Below, one piece after another: positions 52,350 through 62,561 of a stretch of 64,000 bases of DNA. The notes beneath the pieces were generated by a model. It was not told the DNA's origin. It did no database searches and saw only the letters and a program-made list of their open reading frames with translations. Each line of letters starts with the position of its first letter. The first letter of the stretch is position 1. The translations under genes and the position numbers were made by a program. Source of the DNA: Burkholderiales bacterium (lineage in GTDB: Bacteria > Pseudomonadota > Gammaproteobacteria > Burkholderiales > SG8-41); the NCBI GenBank assembly GCA_022841375.1, contig JALHRQ010000016.1, positions 2,166-66,165 on the forward strand. Reading direction: 5' to 3'.

Positions 52350-53243
52350 ATGCCCGCATCCGCACCGCCCCGTACGTTCCGCACACTGCTCTGCATAATT
52401 GCCTTGATACTGTGTTCAGGCTGCAGCATGGTTCGTGTGGGTTACGGCCAGGTCGACACCCTTGCCGGTTGGATGGCACACGAATACTTCGATCTGGAGC
52501 CGCCGCAGCGCGACGACTTCTCGCGACGCTTTGAACGGCTGCACGCCTGGCACCGGCGCGAACAGTTGCCTGAATACGCCCGGTTCCTCGCCGAGACCAA
52601 AACCCGTGCGCAGCGTGGCATGGCGGCCGGCGACCTGTTGTGGCTGGTCGACGGCATGAAATCGCGTTATGCGGTGATTGCCACCCGCGCAGCCCCCGAT
52701 GCCGCCGAACTGCTGGCGGGACTGAGCCCTGCGCAAATCGACCACCTGCGGCGCGAATTCGATCGCATGAACCAGAAATTCCTCAAAGAGAACCGCAGCC
52801 AGGAATCAGTGTCTGCCAGGCGGCAGCACCAGCAACGAAACGCAATGAAGCAGATTCGCGATTGGGTGGGCCCACTGTCGGACAGCCAGGAAACCCGCGT
52901 CATCGCGCTGTTGCAGCAGGTGCCGCTGACCGACCTGCTGCGCCACGAAGACCGCCTGCGCCGCCAGCGCGAATTTCTCTCACTGCTGGAAACACGCCAT
53001 ATCGAGCGTGCGGCATACATGGAACGCGTGCGCGACTGGCTGGTGAATTGGGAGCGCAACCGCCCGCCGGATCTGGCCCGCAGCTTTGAGGATTCGTGGA
53101 AACGGCGCGCCGAGTTTTACGCCGCTGTCGACAAAATGCTCACCGCCGAACAGCGCACGCACCTGACGCACCGGCTGCAGGATTACATCGACGATTTGCG
53201 TTATCTGGCCGCGCAGAAGACGGCGATTGCACGAAACGACTGA
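52350..53243 (+). CDS. lipoprotein of unknown function
   Basis: 297 aa with the lipobox ALILCSGCS. The body is helical and Arg/Glu-rich. Confidence 0.6.
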   Translation: MPASAPPRTFRTLLCIIALILCSGCSMVRVGYGQVDTLAGWMAHEYFDLEPPQRDDFSRRFERLHAWHRREQLPEYARFLAETKTRAQRGMAAGDLLWLVDGMKSRYAVIATRAAPDAAELLAGLSPAQIDHLRREFDRMNQKFLKENRSQESVSARRQHQQRNAMKQIRDWVGPLSDSQETRVIALLQQVPLTDLLRHEDRLRRQREFLSLLETRHIERAAYMERVRDWLVNWERNRPPDLARSFEDSWKRRAEFYAAVDKMLTAEQRTHLTHRLQDYIDDLRYLAAQKTAIARND

Positions 53244-53279
53244 GCTAAAATGCACCCTCTGAATGACTGAAATCCGTTG

Positions 53280-54437
53280 ATGCCCACCTACCCCGGCCCT
53301 ATCGATTCCAAACTGCCCCGCGTCGGCACCACCATTTTTACGGTGATGTCGAGACTCGCCGCCGAACACAACGCAATCAACCTGTCGCAGGGATTTCCGG
53401 ATTTCGACTGTGCGCCGGAACTGCGCGCACTGGTCACCAAATACATTAACGCCGGGCTCAACCAGTATCCGCCGATGGCCGGTGTCGCACCGCTGCGCGA
53501 GGCCATCGCCGCCAAAATCGAATCGCTGTACAACATCAACTACGACGTCGAACAGGAAATCACCGTGGTGCCCGGTGCCACCTACGGCATTTACACCGCG
53601 GTGGCGGCGATGATCCGCCCCGGCGACGAAGTCATCCTGTTCGAGCCAACTTACGACAGCTACGCGCCCGCCGTCGAAGTGCATGGCGGTGTACCGGTCT
53701 ATGTGCAATTGCGCTACCCGGACTACAGCATCGACTGGCAGGCGGTGCAGAACGCCATCACTCCGCGCACCAGACTGCTGATCATCAACACCCCGAACAA
53801 TCCGACCGCGACCGTGATGTCCGCCGAAGACATGCGCCTGCTCGAAGGCCTGCTGCATGGCACCGACATTGCAGTGATCAGCGACGAAGTCTATGAACAC
53901 ATCGTGTTTGATGGGTACAAACACCAGAGCGTCAGCCTTTTTCCCGGGCTGGCCGAACGCAGCTTCCTGGTGTCGTCGTTCGGCAAGACCTACAGCGTCA
54001 CCGGCTGGAAAATGGGCTACGTCGCTGCACCGCGCGAACTGATGGCGGAATTCCGCAAAGTGCACCAATTCAATGCCTTCGTCGCCAACGGCCCGTTCCA
54101 GTATGCCTTTGCCGAATACATGAAAAACCCCGACGCCTATCTGCAGCTCGCGGCGTTTTATCAGAAAAAACGGGATTTTTTTCTGGCAGGATTAAAAGGC
54201 TCTCGCTTCAAGCCGCTGCCCTCACGCGGCACCTTTTTCCAGAACCTCGCCTACGATGCGATCAGCGATGAGAAGGATACCGATCTGGCGGTGCGTCTGA
54301 CCAGGGAGCACGGCGTTGCGTCGATTCCGGTGTCGGTGTTTTACCGGCAACCGCCGGCGCATCGGGTTCTGCGCTTCTGTTTTGCGAAGTCGGAAGCCAC
54401 ACTGGCGAAAGGCGCGGAAATCCTCAGCCGCCTTTAG
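53280..54437 (+). CDS. class I/II pyridoxal-phosphate aminotransferase (YbdL/methionine-aminotransferase-like)
   Basis: This is ORF 53277..54437 with the ATG at 53280. Sequence features are INLSQGFPDF, NTPNNPT, and the PLP-Lys region SSFGKTYSVTGWKMGY. Confidence 0.85.
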   Translation: MPTYPGPIDSKLPRVGTTIFTVMSRLAAEHNAINLSQGFPDFDCAPELRALVTKYINAGLNQYPPMAGVAPLREAIAAKIESLYNINYDVEQEITVVPGATYGIYTAVAAMIRPGDEVILFEPTYDSYAPAVEVHGGVPVYVQLRYPDYSIDWQAVQNAITPRTRLLIINTPNNPTATVMSAEDMRLLEGLLHGTDIAVISDEVYEHIVFDGYKHQSVSLFPGLAERSFLVSSFGKTYSVTGWKMGYVAAPRELMAEFRKVHQFNAFVANGPFQYAFAEYMKNPDAYLQLAAFYQKKRDFFLAGLKGSRFKPLPSRGTFFQNLAYDAISDEKDTDLAVRLTREHGVASIPVSVFYRQPPAHRVLRFCFAKSEATLAKGAEILSRL

Positions 54438-55749
54438 CCGTCCACGCACCACCGGTCAATGCGGCGTAGATGTAGATCACCGCAATACAAATCGCCGTCA
54501 TCTTGATACTGAACCGCCGGTTCATGCCCAACAGTTGCGCAAACGGCAAACCGTAACGCCCCGCCATCGCCAGCATGGTGTTCGACATCGGGCAGGCCGT
54601 CAGCCCGACACCCCAGCTCATCAGGAACACCATCGCCAGCAGCGTCTGATCCGGCTGCAGCGGCAAAATCCACGGCCCCAGCACCGACACCAGGATGATC
54701 GGATGCAGGCCCAGCCAGGCGCAGACATTCATCACAATCAGCACCAGGCTGGCTTCGAATGCGCCGAACCGCGAGAACGGCAGTCCGAGGTCCAGCACAT
54801 CAATCGCGCCGGTCATCCCCGCCGAGAGGATGCCGGCCGCCAGAAACAGCGTCAGCTCGCCGTGCATCCCGGGCAAGCGATTGTGGATATGGCGCAACAG
54901 CGTGGCGCCTGTGTTGCGGCCGCTGCGCACCAGCAGCGTCAACACGGTCACCAGAGAAGCCATCGCGGCAATGATCGCCAGCACCGACCACGCCGGTTGC
55001 CACTCATGAATGGCCAGTACGCTGATCGCCAGCACCGCCGGCACCCACAAGGCTTCGAGGTGCAGCGGATAACCGACAAAGTCGCGCGCACCGCCGTGAC
55101 GGGCCGAGGTCAGCGTAAACCAGGTGACGGTAATACCCGCCACGGCCACGGGTATGCCCCAGAAAATCAGCTGCGTCAGGCTGGCGCCGGGCGCTGCGGT
55201 CAATGCCGCAGCCATCGCGCCGTAAAACGGCGACCACGCCGCACCGACGATAAAGGCCTGCGACAGACCCATCGCCTGCTCCATCGTCAGTTTGCTGCGC
55301 GCGCTGAGACGGTCGGCAAAAATCGCCACCGCGGAAAAATTGATCACCGCGCCGAACAGATGCACGCCGATCATGGTCTTGAACAGCGCGCCGCGGCCGC
55401 GCTGCAAAGGCTCGGCGTCCGCGTCGTGGCTGACGGCGATCAGTTGCAGGAAAGAAACCGCAATCAGCATGCCGGACAGCGGCACGTTCTGCGTCAGCGC
55501 CATTTCGATCAGGCCGCTGCCGCCGCGCGTCATGCTCCAGGCAATACCCAGCGCACCGAGACCGGCCAGCGCGAGTACCATGTAGAGCTGGTGCGAAGGC
55601 AGGCGCGGCAGCAATAACAGGCAGGCCGCCCAGGCGATGACGCCGGTAATCCATGCCGGATAGCCGGGCAGCCAGACGGCTGCCACGACCAGAATGACAA
55701 CAGCTAAATAAAACCACGCGGCGACAGTGTCGCGAAGATTATTGAACAC
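54424..55749 (-). CDS. polytopic integral membrane protein, putative transporter (family not recognised)
   Basis: 441 aa with roughly 12 hydrophobic segments throughout. It is convergent with the aminotransferase gene and overlaps its end by 14 nt. Confidence 0.6.
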   Translation of the reverse strand: MFNNLRDTVAAWFYLAVVILVVAAVWLPGYPAWITGVIAWAACLLLLPRLPSHQLYMVLALAGLGALGIAWSMTRGGSGLIEMALTQNVPLSGMLIAVSFLQLIAVSHDADAEPLQRGRGALFKTMIGVHLFGAVINFSAVAIFADRLSARSKLTMEQAMGLSQAFIVGAAWSPFYGAMAAALTAAPGASLTQLIFWGIPVAVAGITVTWFTLTSARHGGARDFVGYPLHLEALWVPAVLAISVLAIHEWQPAWSVLAIIAAMASLVTVLTLLVRSGRNTGATLLRHIHNRLPGMHGELTLFLAAGILSAGMTGAIDVLDLGLPFSRFGAFEASLVLIVMNVCAWLGLHPIILVSVLGPWILPLQPDQTLLAMVFLMSWGVGLTACPMSNTMLAMAGRYGLPFAQLLGMNRRFSIKMTAICIAVIYIYAALTGGAWTAKGG

Positions 55750-55784
55750 CAGGAAAAACCGCCAGGATTGGATCAGTGCATGGA

Positions 55785-55830
55785 ATAACGCCCTTCGACA
55801 AGCTCAGGGCGAACGGTTGTGGAAGGTCAG
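55785..55830. repeat. copy of the intergenic repeat that translates as 'FDKLRANG' / 'LSLSKG'
   Basis: CCCTTCGACAAGCTCAGGGCGAACGG (55791-55816) gives PFDKLRANG on one strand and ALSLSKG on the other. This is the hallmark of a REP-like element seen in many proteobacterial intergenic regions, as I recollect. It is intergenic here. Confidence 0.4.
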
Positions 55831-55916
55831 GATCCGAAAACACGCGTAATCGTGTGCCCAAGACCTGTTTCGGCATGCAGGCGGAATTGTGCCGCCGGCA
55901 TGCCATCACAATCCGC

Positions 55917-56690
55917 TTACAGCACGCCCGACAAACCACCGTCGACGTTTATGCAGCAACCGGTGACATAACTCGCGGCATCGGATGCGAGGAATGCAAT
56001 CACGTTGGCGACTTCTTCGGATTCGCCCATGCGTTTGAGCGGTACGGTCTTGCCGGTATCCGCATAATGCTGTTCGACCGTCTTGTTGTTGCGTGCCGCG
56101 CCGCGCTCCTGCTGCTTGGACTTGATTTTGCCGACCGCAACGACGTTGACGAGGATGTTGTCGGGCGCGAGTTCTTTCGACAGGCCCTTGGCCAGCGCCA
56201 GACCGGCGGCACGGCTGACGGTGGTCGGAAACATTCCGGCGCCCGGCTGCTTGGCGCCAACCATGTTCAGATTGATGATGCGGCCGCCGCCGGCTTTTTT
56301 CATGTGCGGGATAGCCGCGCGGGTGGTGCGCACTTGAGCCATGACCTTGATTTCGATGTCGTTTTCCCAGACCTTGTCTTCGACCTTGTCAAAAGCGATC
56401 TGCCCGGAGCCGCCGGCATTGTTGACGACAATATCGAGACGGCCGAAATGTTTCGCAGCCTCTTCGATGAAGCGCTCCATGTCGCCTTCCTTGGAGGCAT
56501 CGGCGACGATCCCCAGCACATCCCCGCCCTGTTTTTTCAGTTCTTCGGCAAACGCCTTGACCAGTTCGGCACGTCGCGCGCAGAACGCGACCTTCGTACC
56601 TTCGGCGACCAGACGTTCAACAGTCGATTTGCCGATGCCTTCGGTGCCGCCGGTGACGGCAGCTACTTTGCCACGCAGTCCGAGTTCCAT
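55917..56690 (-). CDS. short-chain dehydrogenase/reductase (SDR)
   Basis: This is ORF 55917..56741 trimmed to ATG 56690, which has AAAGGA upstream. The sequence begins MELGLRGKVAAVTGGTEGIGKS (TGxxxGIG). NNAG is also present. Confidence 0.85.
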   Translation of the reverse strand: MELGLRGKVAAVTGGTEGIGKSTVERLVAEGTKVAFCARRAELVKAFAEELKKQGGDVLGIVADASKEGDMERFIEEAAKHFGRLDIVVNNAGGSGQIAFDKVEDKVWENDIEIKVMAQVRTTRAAIPHMKKAGGGRIINLNMVGAKQPGAGMFPTTVSRAAGLALAKGLSKELAPDNILVNVVAVGKIKSKQQERGAARNNKTVEQHYADTGKTVPLKRMGESEEVANVIAFLASDAASYVTGCCINVDGGLSGVL

Positions 56691-56793
56691 AAAGTGATCC
56701 TTTGTCGCAAATAACGGTAGGGGGTGCAGATTGTGACACATCCGCCGCGCCGGACTTTATCAGAGCGGCACAGTCACGTTAGACTCCAGCCCC

Positions 56794-57762
56794 ATGATTA
56801 TTGCGATCCCCGACGACTATCACAACCTTGTCCGCACGCTGGACTGCATGCGGCTGCTGCAAGGCCATGAGGTGCGCATCTACAACGATACCGCACCACC
56901 GGACGCCGACCTGGTGCGCAACCTGCAAGACGCCGAAATCATCGTGCCGATCCGCGAGCGCACCCGCTTTACGCGCGACATCATCAAGCAGCTGCCGCAA
57001 CTGAAACTGTTCAGCCAGACCGGCCGCAGCTGCCACCATATTGATCTCGAAGCCTGCAATGAACAGGGCATCGCCGTCGCCGCGGGCAGCCACGCATCGC
57101 CCTACACCGTCGCGGAACAGACCTGGGCAATGATCCTCGGCAGCCTGCGCGAAATTCCCGTTGAAACCGCATTGATGAAACGCGGCGGCTGGCGCAACCG
57201 TTTCAGCACCGGCCTGAAGGGCCGCACGTTGGGCGTATTTGGTCTCGGCACCATCGGCGCACTGGTCGCTGCTACTGGCTCGAGTTTCGGCATGCGCGTG
57301 CTGGTGTGGGGGCGGGAATCCTCGCTGGATGCCGCACGCGCCGCCGGTTATGACACCGCAAACAGCCAGAATGAATTGTTCGAGCAGTCGGATGTGCTGA
57401 CGCTGATGGTACGACTGACCAAAGACACGCGCGGCATCGTCAATGCCGGCCATCTGGCGCTGATGAAACCGACCGCCCTGCTGGTCAACACCGCGCGCGC
57501 CGAGCTGATCGCCCCCGGTGTGCTGGAAAACGCACTGCAAAAAGGCCGCCCCGGATATGCCGCGGTCGATGTCTACGAAAACGAACCGGTGCTCAACGGC
57601 AATCACCCGCTGCTGGAACTGGACAATGCGCTGTGCACCGCGCACAGCGCCTGGCTGGAACGCGATACCTACGAATTGTATTTTGGCGAGGCCTTCGCCA
57701 ATGCCGCAGCCTTTGCTTCAGGACAACCGCTGCGGCTGGTGAATACGCCGCGCAGCCGTTAA
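56794..57762 (+). CDS. D-isomer-specific 2-hydroxyacid dehydrogenase family protein
   Basis: 322 aa with GRTLGVFGLGTIGALVAATGSSFGMRV and NTARAELI...TAHSAW. Confidence 0.82.
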   Translation: MIIAIPDDYHNLVRTLDCMRLLQGHEVRIYNDTAPPDADLVRNLQDAEIIVPIRERTRFTRDIIKQLPQLKLFSQTGRSCHHIDLEACNEQGIAVAAGSHASPYTVAEQTWAMILGSLREIPVETALMKRGGWRNRFSTGLKGRTLGVFGLGTIGALVAATGSSFGMRVLVWGRESSLDAARAAGYDTANSQNELFEQSDVLTLMVRLTKDTRGIVNAGHLALMKPTALLVNTARAELIAPGVLENALQKGRPGYAAVDVYENEPVLNGNHPLLELDNALCTAHSAWLERDTYELYFGEAFANAAAFASGQPLRLVNTPRSR

Positions 57763-57789
57763 CGGCCGATCCCGGACATCGCCATGATG

Positions 57790-58632
57790 TCAGCGCACCC
57801 GCCACACGCCACCGGCGTTGGCAGCAAGGCCTTTGCTTTCCAGCCGGATCAATGACGCGTGCAGTGAACGCAGGGCGACATGATGGATGCGCGGCGGCAC
57901 ATCATCGTAGGCGTGGATGACCAGCTGCTCGAGGGTCGCCGGCCCCACCCGTTGCAGCGTAGCGTGCACTTTTTCCTCGCGCCTCATGCGGTGCGCAATC
58001 AGCCGGCGCACCTCTTCCTGCGGGGTTTCGATGACGTGACCGTGACCGGGCGCCAACGCCCCGACAGGCAGCGTCAGCAGGCGCTGCAATGAATCGAGAT
58101 AAGCCTGCATGTCGCCATCGGGCGGCGAAATGACCACGGTCGACCCCTGCATCACATGATCGCCGGTAAACAGCACCCCGCGGTCTTCCAGCAGATAACA
58201 CAGATGGTTGGAGGCATGGCCGGGGGTATGCACGGCGCGCAGCCGGTATTCACCGCAAGTGACGATGTCGCCATCGTGCAGCGCCTGGTCCGGCGCAAAC
58301 TGCTCATCTTGACGGCCATCGTCCGGCGTCACGCCATAACCGTATACCCGCGCACCGGTCGCCGCGCGCAATACGCGGGCCAGCGGCGAGTGATCGCGAT
58401 GGGTGTGCGTGCAGAATATCCAGCGCAGCCGATCGCCGACCGCCGTCAGAATCGCCTCCCGATGCGCCTCAAGTTCGGGACCGGGATCAATCAGCGCCAG
58501 TTCGTCATGCCCGAGCAGGTAGGTATTGGTGCCGGGGCCGGTCATCACACCGGGATTCGGCGCGGTCAGGCGCCGCACGCCGGGGGCGATCTCGACAATC
58601 TCGCCCGCAACAATGGGAATCAGTTCTGCCAC
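57790..58632 (-). CDS. MBL-fold metallo-hydrolase
   Basis: 280 aa with the metal motif CTHTHRDHSPLA (HxHxDH). Confidence 0.82.
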   Translation of the reverse strand: MAELIPIVAGEIVEIAPGVRRLTAPNPGVMTGPGTNTYLLGHDELALIDPGPELEAHREAILTAVGDRLRWIFCTHTHRDHSPLARVLRAATGARVYGYGVTPDDGRQDEQFAPDQALHDGDIVTCGEYRLRAVHTPGHASNHLCYLLEDRGVLFTGDHVMQGSTVVISPPDGDMQAYLDSLQRLLTLPVGALAPGHGHVIETPQEEVRRLIAHRMRREEKVHATLQRVGPATLEQLVIHAYDDVPPRIHHVALRSLHASLIRLESKGLAANAGGVWRVR

Positions 58633-59474
58633 TGCCCAGCACCTTCTTTAGTGCCCGCCTCTTCATATCCCGGCTCGCCCGGTAGATAACGACGTCCGTC
58701 CTTGCCGATTCTGGGCATCAGCGGACGCACATTGCCCTGTATTGAATCGAGACTGCGGCGCAGGCCGGCAACAGTGCTGCAGTCGGCAAACGTTTCCAGC
58801 GTGCGCACCGTCGGCGTGCGCATCTCGAACTCGCCGCGCTTGTGCAGCGTCAACGCTTCGGCAGGGCTGATCCAGGTTGCTGCGATGGTCTCGTGATCGT
58901 CATGGAAAGGCTCCTGCTCCGGCGGGGCTTCGGCCATGAAAAATCGGGTGTCGTAACGCCGCGGCGCGGTGACCGGCGTGATCCAGTGTGCGAAATAAGT
59001 GAGTTGATCGGCGGCAAGCTGCAATTTTTCGGCCGCAATCAATGCGGCAAAATCAATTTCACCGGCATTCAACTGGCGGCGTTGCGCATCGAAGCGCGCC
59101 GCGACCTGCACATCGGTCAACGTCACCAGTCTGCCGGCGTGGTGGCGCGCCAGCAGCAAACCCGATTCCTCGAAGGCTTCACGAATGGCTGCCGCCCAGT
59201 ACGCCAGCCCGTCCGCCGCCACACCGAGTACGCCGCTGGCCGAAGCATCATCGAGGCAATCACATAAGCCATTGTTTTTAAACAATAAATCTGCGTCATC
59301 CAGTCCGCCGCCGGGAAACACATACATTCCCGGCACAAAACCCGACTTGAGATTGCGGCGCATCATCAGCACTTCAATGCCATCACGCGCATCTCGCACA
59401 ATGGTGACCGTGGCCGCAGGCATCGCCGGCGCAGCTCCGGCGTCCGCGGTCATACCTTCTTTTTTTACGTTCAC
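58620..59474 (-). CDS. NUDIX hydrolase
   Basis: 284 aa with the Nudix box FPGGGLDDADL...AAIREAFEESGLLLA. The start is uncertain (GTG 59474 or ATG 59453). Confidence 0.75.
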   Translation of the reverse strand: MNVKKEGMTADAGAAPAMPAATVTIVRDARDGIEVLMMRRNLKSGFVPGMYVFPGGGLDDADLLFKNNGLCDCLDDASASGVLGVAADGLAYWAAAIREAFEESGLLLARHHAGRLVTLTDVQVAARFDAQRRQLNAGEIDFAALIAAEKLQLAADQLTYFAHWITPVTAPRRYDTRFFMAEAPPEQEPFHDDHETIAATWISPAEALTLHKRGEFEMRTPTVRTLETFADCSTVAGLRRSLDSIQGNVRPLMPRIGKDGRRYLPGEPGYEEAGTKEGAGQWQN

Positions 59475-59484
59475 TCCCGACCCT

Positions 59485-60348
59485 TCATTTTTGCACCAGC
59501 AGTTTGATCAGACTCGATGTATCGAGCTTACCACCGCCCTGTTTCTGCACTCCCGCGTAAAACTGGTCAATCAACGCTGTCGCCGGAAGCTGGGCGCCGT
59601 TGCTGCGCGCCGCCTCCATCGCGATGCGCAAATCCTTGCGCATCAGGTCAACAGCAAAACCGAAATCAAACTTTCCATCGATCATGGTTTTGCCGCGGTT
59701 TTCCATCTGCCAAGAGCTCGCGGCTCCTTTGGAGATGACGTCCACGACCCGCTTGCCGTCGAGCCCGGCCTGTATTGCAAACGCCAGTCCCTCGGCCAGG
59801 CCCTGAACCACGCCGGCGACGCAGATCTGGTTGACCATCTTGGTTTGCTGACCCGCACCGGCGTCGCCCATCAGGGTCACCGCCCGCGCGTAATGCGCAA
59901 TCACCGGTTCGGCACGCGCGTATGCCGCCGCATCGCCGCCGACCATCACCGTGAGGATGCCCTGCTCGGCGCCGGACTGGCCGCCGGACACCGGCGCATC
60001 GAGAAAATGCAGTCCGCGTGCCTGCGCCGCGGCATGCAATTCCTGCGCGACACGGGCCGAGGTCGTGGTGTGATCGACAAAAATCGCGTCTGGAGTCATG
60101 GCCTGGAATGCGCCGTCCGCGCCGACGGTAATTTCACGCAGATCGTCGTCATTTCCGACGCAGCTGAACACCAGTGCCGCGTCACGAACTGCGGCGGCCG
60201 GCGTCTCCGCCACCTGACCGCCATGTTTTGAAGCCCAGGCCAGCGCCTTGGCCTTGCTGCGGTTGTAGACCGTGACCGCGTGACCGGCCTTGGCCAGATG
60301 CCCGGCCATGGGTCCGCCCATCACCCCCGTACCGATAAATGCGAGTTT
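59485..60348 (-). CDS. NAD(P)-dependent 3-hydroxyisobutyrate/6-phosphogluconate-dehydrogenase-like oxidoreductase
   Basis: This is ORF 59485..60369 trimmed to MKLAFIGTGVMGGPMAGHLAKAGHAVTVYNRS. Confidence 0.82.
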   Translation of the reverse strand, partial: KLAFIGTGVMGGPMAGHLAKAGHAVTVYNRSKAKALAWASKHGGQVAETPAAAVRDAALVFSCVGNDDDLREITVGADGAFQAMTPDAIFVDHTTTSARVAQELHAAAQARGLHFLDAPVSGGQSGAEQGILTVMVGGDAAAYARAEPVIAHYARAVTLMGDAGAGQQTKMVNQICVAGVVQGLAEGLAFAIQAGLDGKRVVDVISKGAASSWQMENRGKTMIDGKFDFGFAVDLMRKDLRIAMEAARSNGAQLPATALIDQFYAGVQKQGGGKLDTSSLIKLLVQK

Positions 60349-60487
60349 CATCAGATCAATTCCTGCCAAAAAGAAAAATCAGAACAAAGCGGGTGCAAAC
60401 CCAAAAATGAACGTAAATTCGCAGCAGACCACATACACTGTTTCATACCACTTCCTGTGAAATTACCATCATCAGATTCCTCCGAAC

Positions 60488-61492
60488 ATGCCTATGACGC
60501 ATAACGCCAACAATTCGATGAAACGCCCGCCCGCGCTCCGGTGGCTCTGGTGCATATGGTTAGGTTACACCGTAATGACAGTACCCCTGACCTGGTCTCA
60601 GGTCATACCGGGAAACACAGCGCATTCACTGATCGGACAGATCTGGGACACAAAAAGCGGGCGCAACATATCAAAGTCTGACTTTGAAAACCAGCTGCTC
60701 AAGGCCCACTACGTGCTCCTCGGCGAAGTCCATGACAACAGCGCCCATCACCGCATGCGCCGTGATCTGATTGCGGCGCTGATCCGGGCCGGCCGCCGTC
60801 CGGCGATTGCGATGGAACAATTTGACCGGGAGCAGCAATCCGCCATCGACCGGGCCATTACCGCAGCGCCGCGGGATGCTGAACAGTTGCGCGTTGCAAG
60901 CGGGTTCAATGAACAAGGCTGGAGTTGGCCCGACTATGCACCCATCATCAGCCTTGCCCTTGACGCCGGGCTGCCGCTGCTGGCGGCCAATCTGTCACGC
61001 GACGAGGCCTTCCGTATTGCCACTTCAAACGCCGCCGCTGTTTTCGGTGAGCAGGCCGTTGCAACGCTGGGACTGAATCGGCCTTTACCCCAGACTGCAC
61101 AACGCAAGCTGGAACGCGCGATCGATGAAGGACACTGCGGCAAGGCGCCGGCGAAAATCCTGCCCGGCATGGTCGCTGCGCAACGCGCACGCGATGCGGT
61201 GATGGCACAGATTGTCGCGCGGCACGCCACAAGCGGCACAGTGCTGGTGGCCGGCAACGGGCATGTGCGGCGTGATTTCGGGGTGCCGCACTATCTGCTG
61301 GCTGGAACGGCTCCAGCCGCCATTGTTGCGGTGGGATTTATCGAGGTGCAGGACCGTTACCAGAAGCCTGCCGATTATTTCGACAATGCCGATCCTGAAT
61401 ATGATTACATCGTATTCACCGAACGCATGGCACGGGAGGATCCCTGCGCCGGCATCAACTTCAAGCCGCGTCAGCCGATGGCGCAGCCCTGA
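60488..61492 (+). CDS. ChaN-family (haem-binding uptake/Tiki-like) protein
   Basis: 334 aa. YVLLGEVHDNSAHHRMRRDLIAAL and GNGHVRRDFGVPHYL are typical ChaN/DUF399 signatures. The start may instead be at MKRPPALRWL (60518). Confidence 0.65.
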   Translation: MPMTHNANNSMKRPPALRWLWCIWLGYTVMTVPLTWSQVIPGNTAHSLIGQIWDTKSGRNISKSDFENQLLKAHYVLLGEVHDNSAHHRMRRDLIAALIRAGRRPAIAMEQFDREQQSAIDRAITAAPRDAEQLRVASGFNEQGWSWPDYAPIISLALDAGLPLLAANLSRDEAFRIATSNAAAVFGEQAVATLGLNRPLPQTAQRKLERAIDEGHCGKAPAKILPGMVAAQRARDAVMAQIVARHATSGTVLVAGNGHVRRDFGVPHYLLAGTAPAAIVAVGFIEVQDRYQKPADYFDNADPEYDYIVFTERMAREDPCAGINFKPRQPMAQP

Positions 61493-62469
61493 GTCGTCGC
61501 CTTGGGCGGTTCGGCAAAGGTGGCGACATCAACGCCATTTCGAATGGCGGTCATCTCCGCCAGAATCGCCACTGCTATCTCCGGCGGCGTCTTGCTGCCG
61601 ATCTTCAGACCCACCGGACCATGCAGCCGCGCGATCTCCTGCTGCGACAAATCGAAATCCGCAAGCCGCTCACGCCGAGCGTCATTGTTTTTCCGCGAAC
61701 CGATGGCGCCCACGTAAAAGGCCGGCGATTTCAGGGCTTCCAGCAGCGCCATGTCATCGAGCTTGGGATCGTGGGTCAGCGTCACCACTGCGCTGTGACC
61801 ATCGAGGTTCATCTCGGTCACCACATCGTCGGGCATGCCGCGCTTCAGGTCGACGCCGGAGACATCGAAAGTGGTGTTGTATTCCTCGCGCGGATCACAG
61901 ATGGTGACCGAATAATCCAGCGCCTGCGCCATTTGCGCGAGATAAGTCGATAGCTGACCGGCGCCGATAATCAGCAGTCGCCAGCGCGGTCCGAAAACAG
62001 TCGTCAGCGTTGCGCCGTCAAACACCAGTTGATCCTGCCATTTTGCAGCAGTAGTGCTGGCGCGGCCGGTTTTCATGTCCAGGCGGCGCAATACCAGTTC
62101 ATGACGCTCAATACGCGCCAGCAGATCGTCGAGGCCGCTGGCAGCGGAAAGCGGCTCCAGCACCAGCTCCAGTGTGCCGCCGCAGGGCAGACCGAAACGC
62201 TGCGCCTCCTCGGCAGATACGCCGTATTTGGTCGTTGTCGGTGTATTTTCGGCAAGCCTGCCGGCCTTGACACGGTCGATCATGTCGTCTTCCACGCAAC
62301 CGCCGGACACCGATCCGACCACCATGCCGTCGCCACGTATTGCCGACAACGCACCGATCGGACGCGGCGCGGAACCCCAGGTCCTGATGACCGTGGCGAG
62401 CACCACGCGATGGCCACCGCCGACCCATTCGCGGGCGGTGCGGATCACCTGTAAATCAACGCTGTCCAT
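61471..62469 (-). CDS. XdhC/CoxI-family molybdoenzyme maturation accessory protein
   Basis: This is ORF 61471..62520 trimmed to ATG 62469, which has AAGGAA upstream. Sequence features are ATVIRTWGSAPRPIGA, GSVSGGCVE and LLIIGAGQLS. Confidence 0.8.
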   Translation of the reverse strand: MDSVDLQVIRTAREWVGGGHRVVLATVIRTWGSAPRPIGALSAIRGDGMVVGSVSGGCVEDDMIDRVKAGRLAENTPTTTKYGVSAEEAQRFGLPCGGTLELVLEPLSAASGLDDLLARIERHELVLRRLDMKTGRASTTAAKWQDQLVFDGATLTTVFGPRWRLLIIGAGQLSTYLAQMAQALDYSVTICDPREEYNTTFDVSGVDLKRGMPDDVVTEMNLDGHSAVVTLTHDPKLDDMALLEALKSPAFYVGAIGSRKNNDARRERLADFDLSQQEIARLHGPVGLKIGSKTPPEIAVAILAEMTAIRNGVDVATFAEPPKATTQGCAIG

Positions 62470-62561
62470 AAACCGTTCCTTAAGCAACCGAAGGCAAGGC
62501 AATATTGTAGCGTGCCGCATGGGTTAACATCGGGCCTCGGCAACAATGGAGTGTTAATGCA

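Noticed and set aside
52980-60231. ORFs 52980..54068 (-), 54316..55617 (+), 55776..56714 (+), 56779..57645 (-) and 59185..60231 (+)
   Set aside because: They are antisense to the aminotransferase, membrane protein, SDR, 2-HADH and NUDIX/HIBDH-like genes and have no motifs. ORF 55776 begins in the FDKLRANG repeat, a known source of spurious ORFs.
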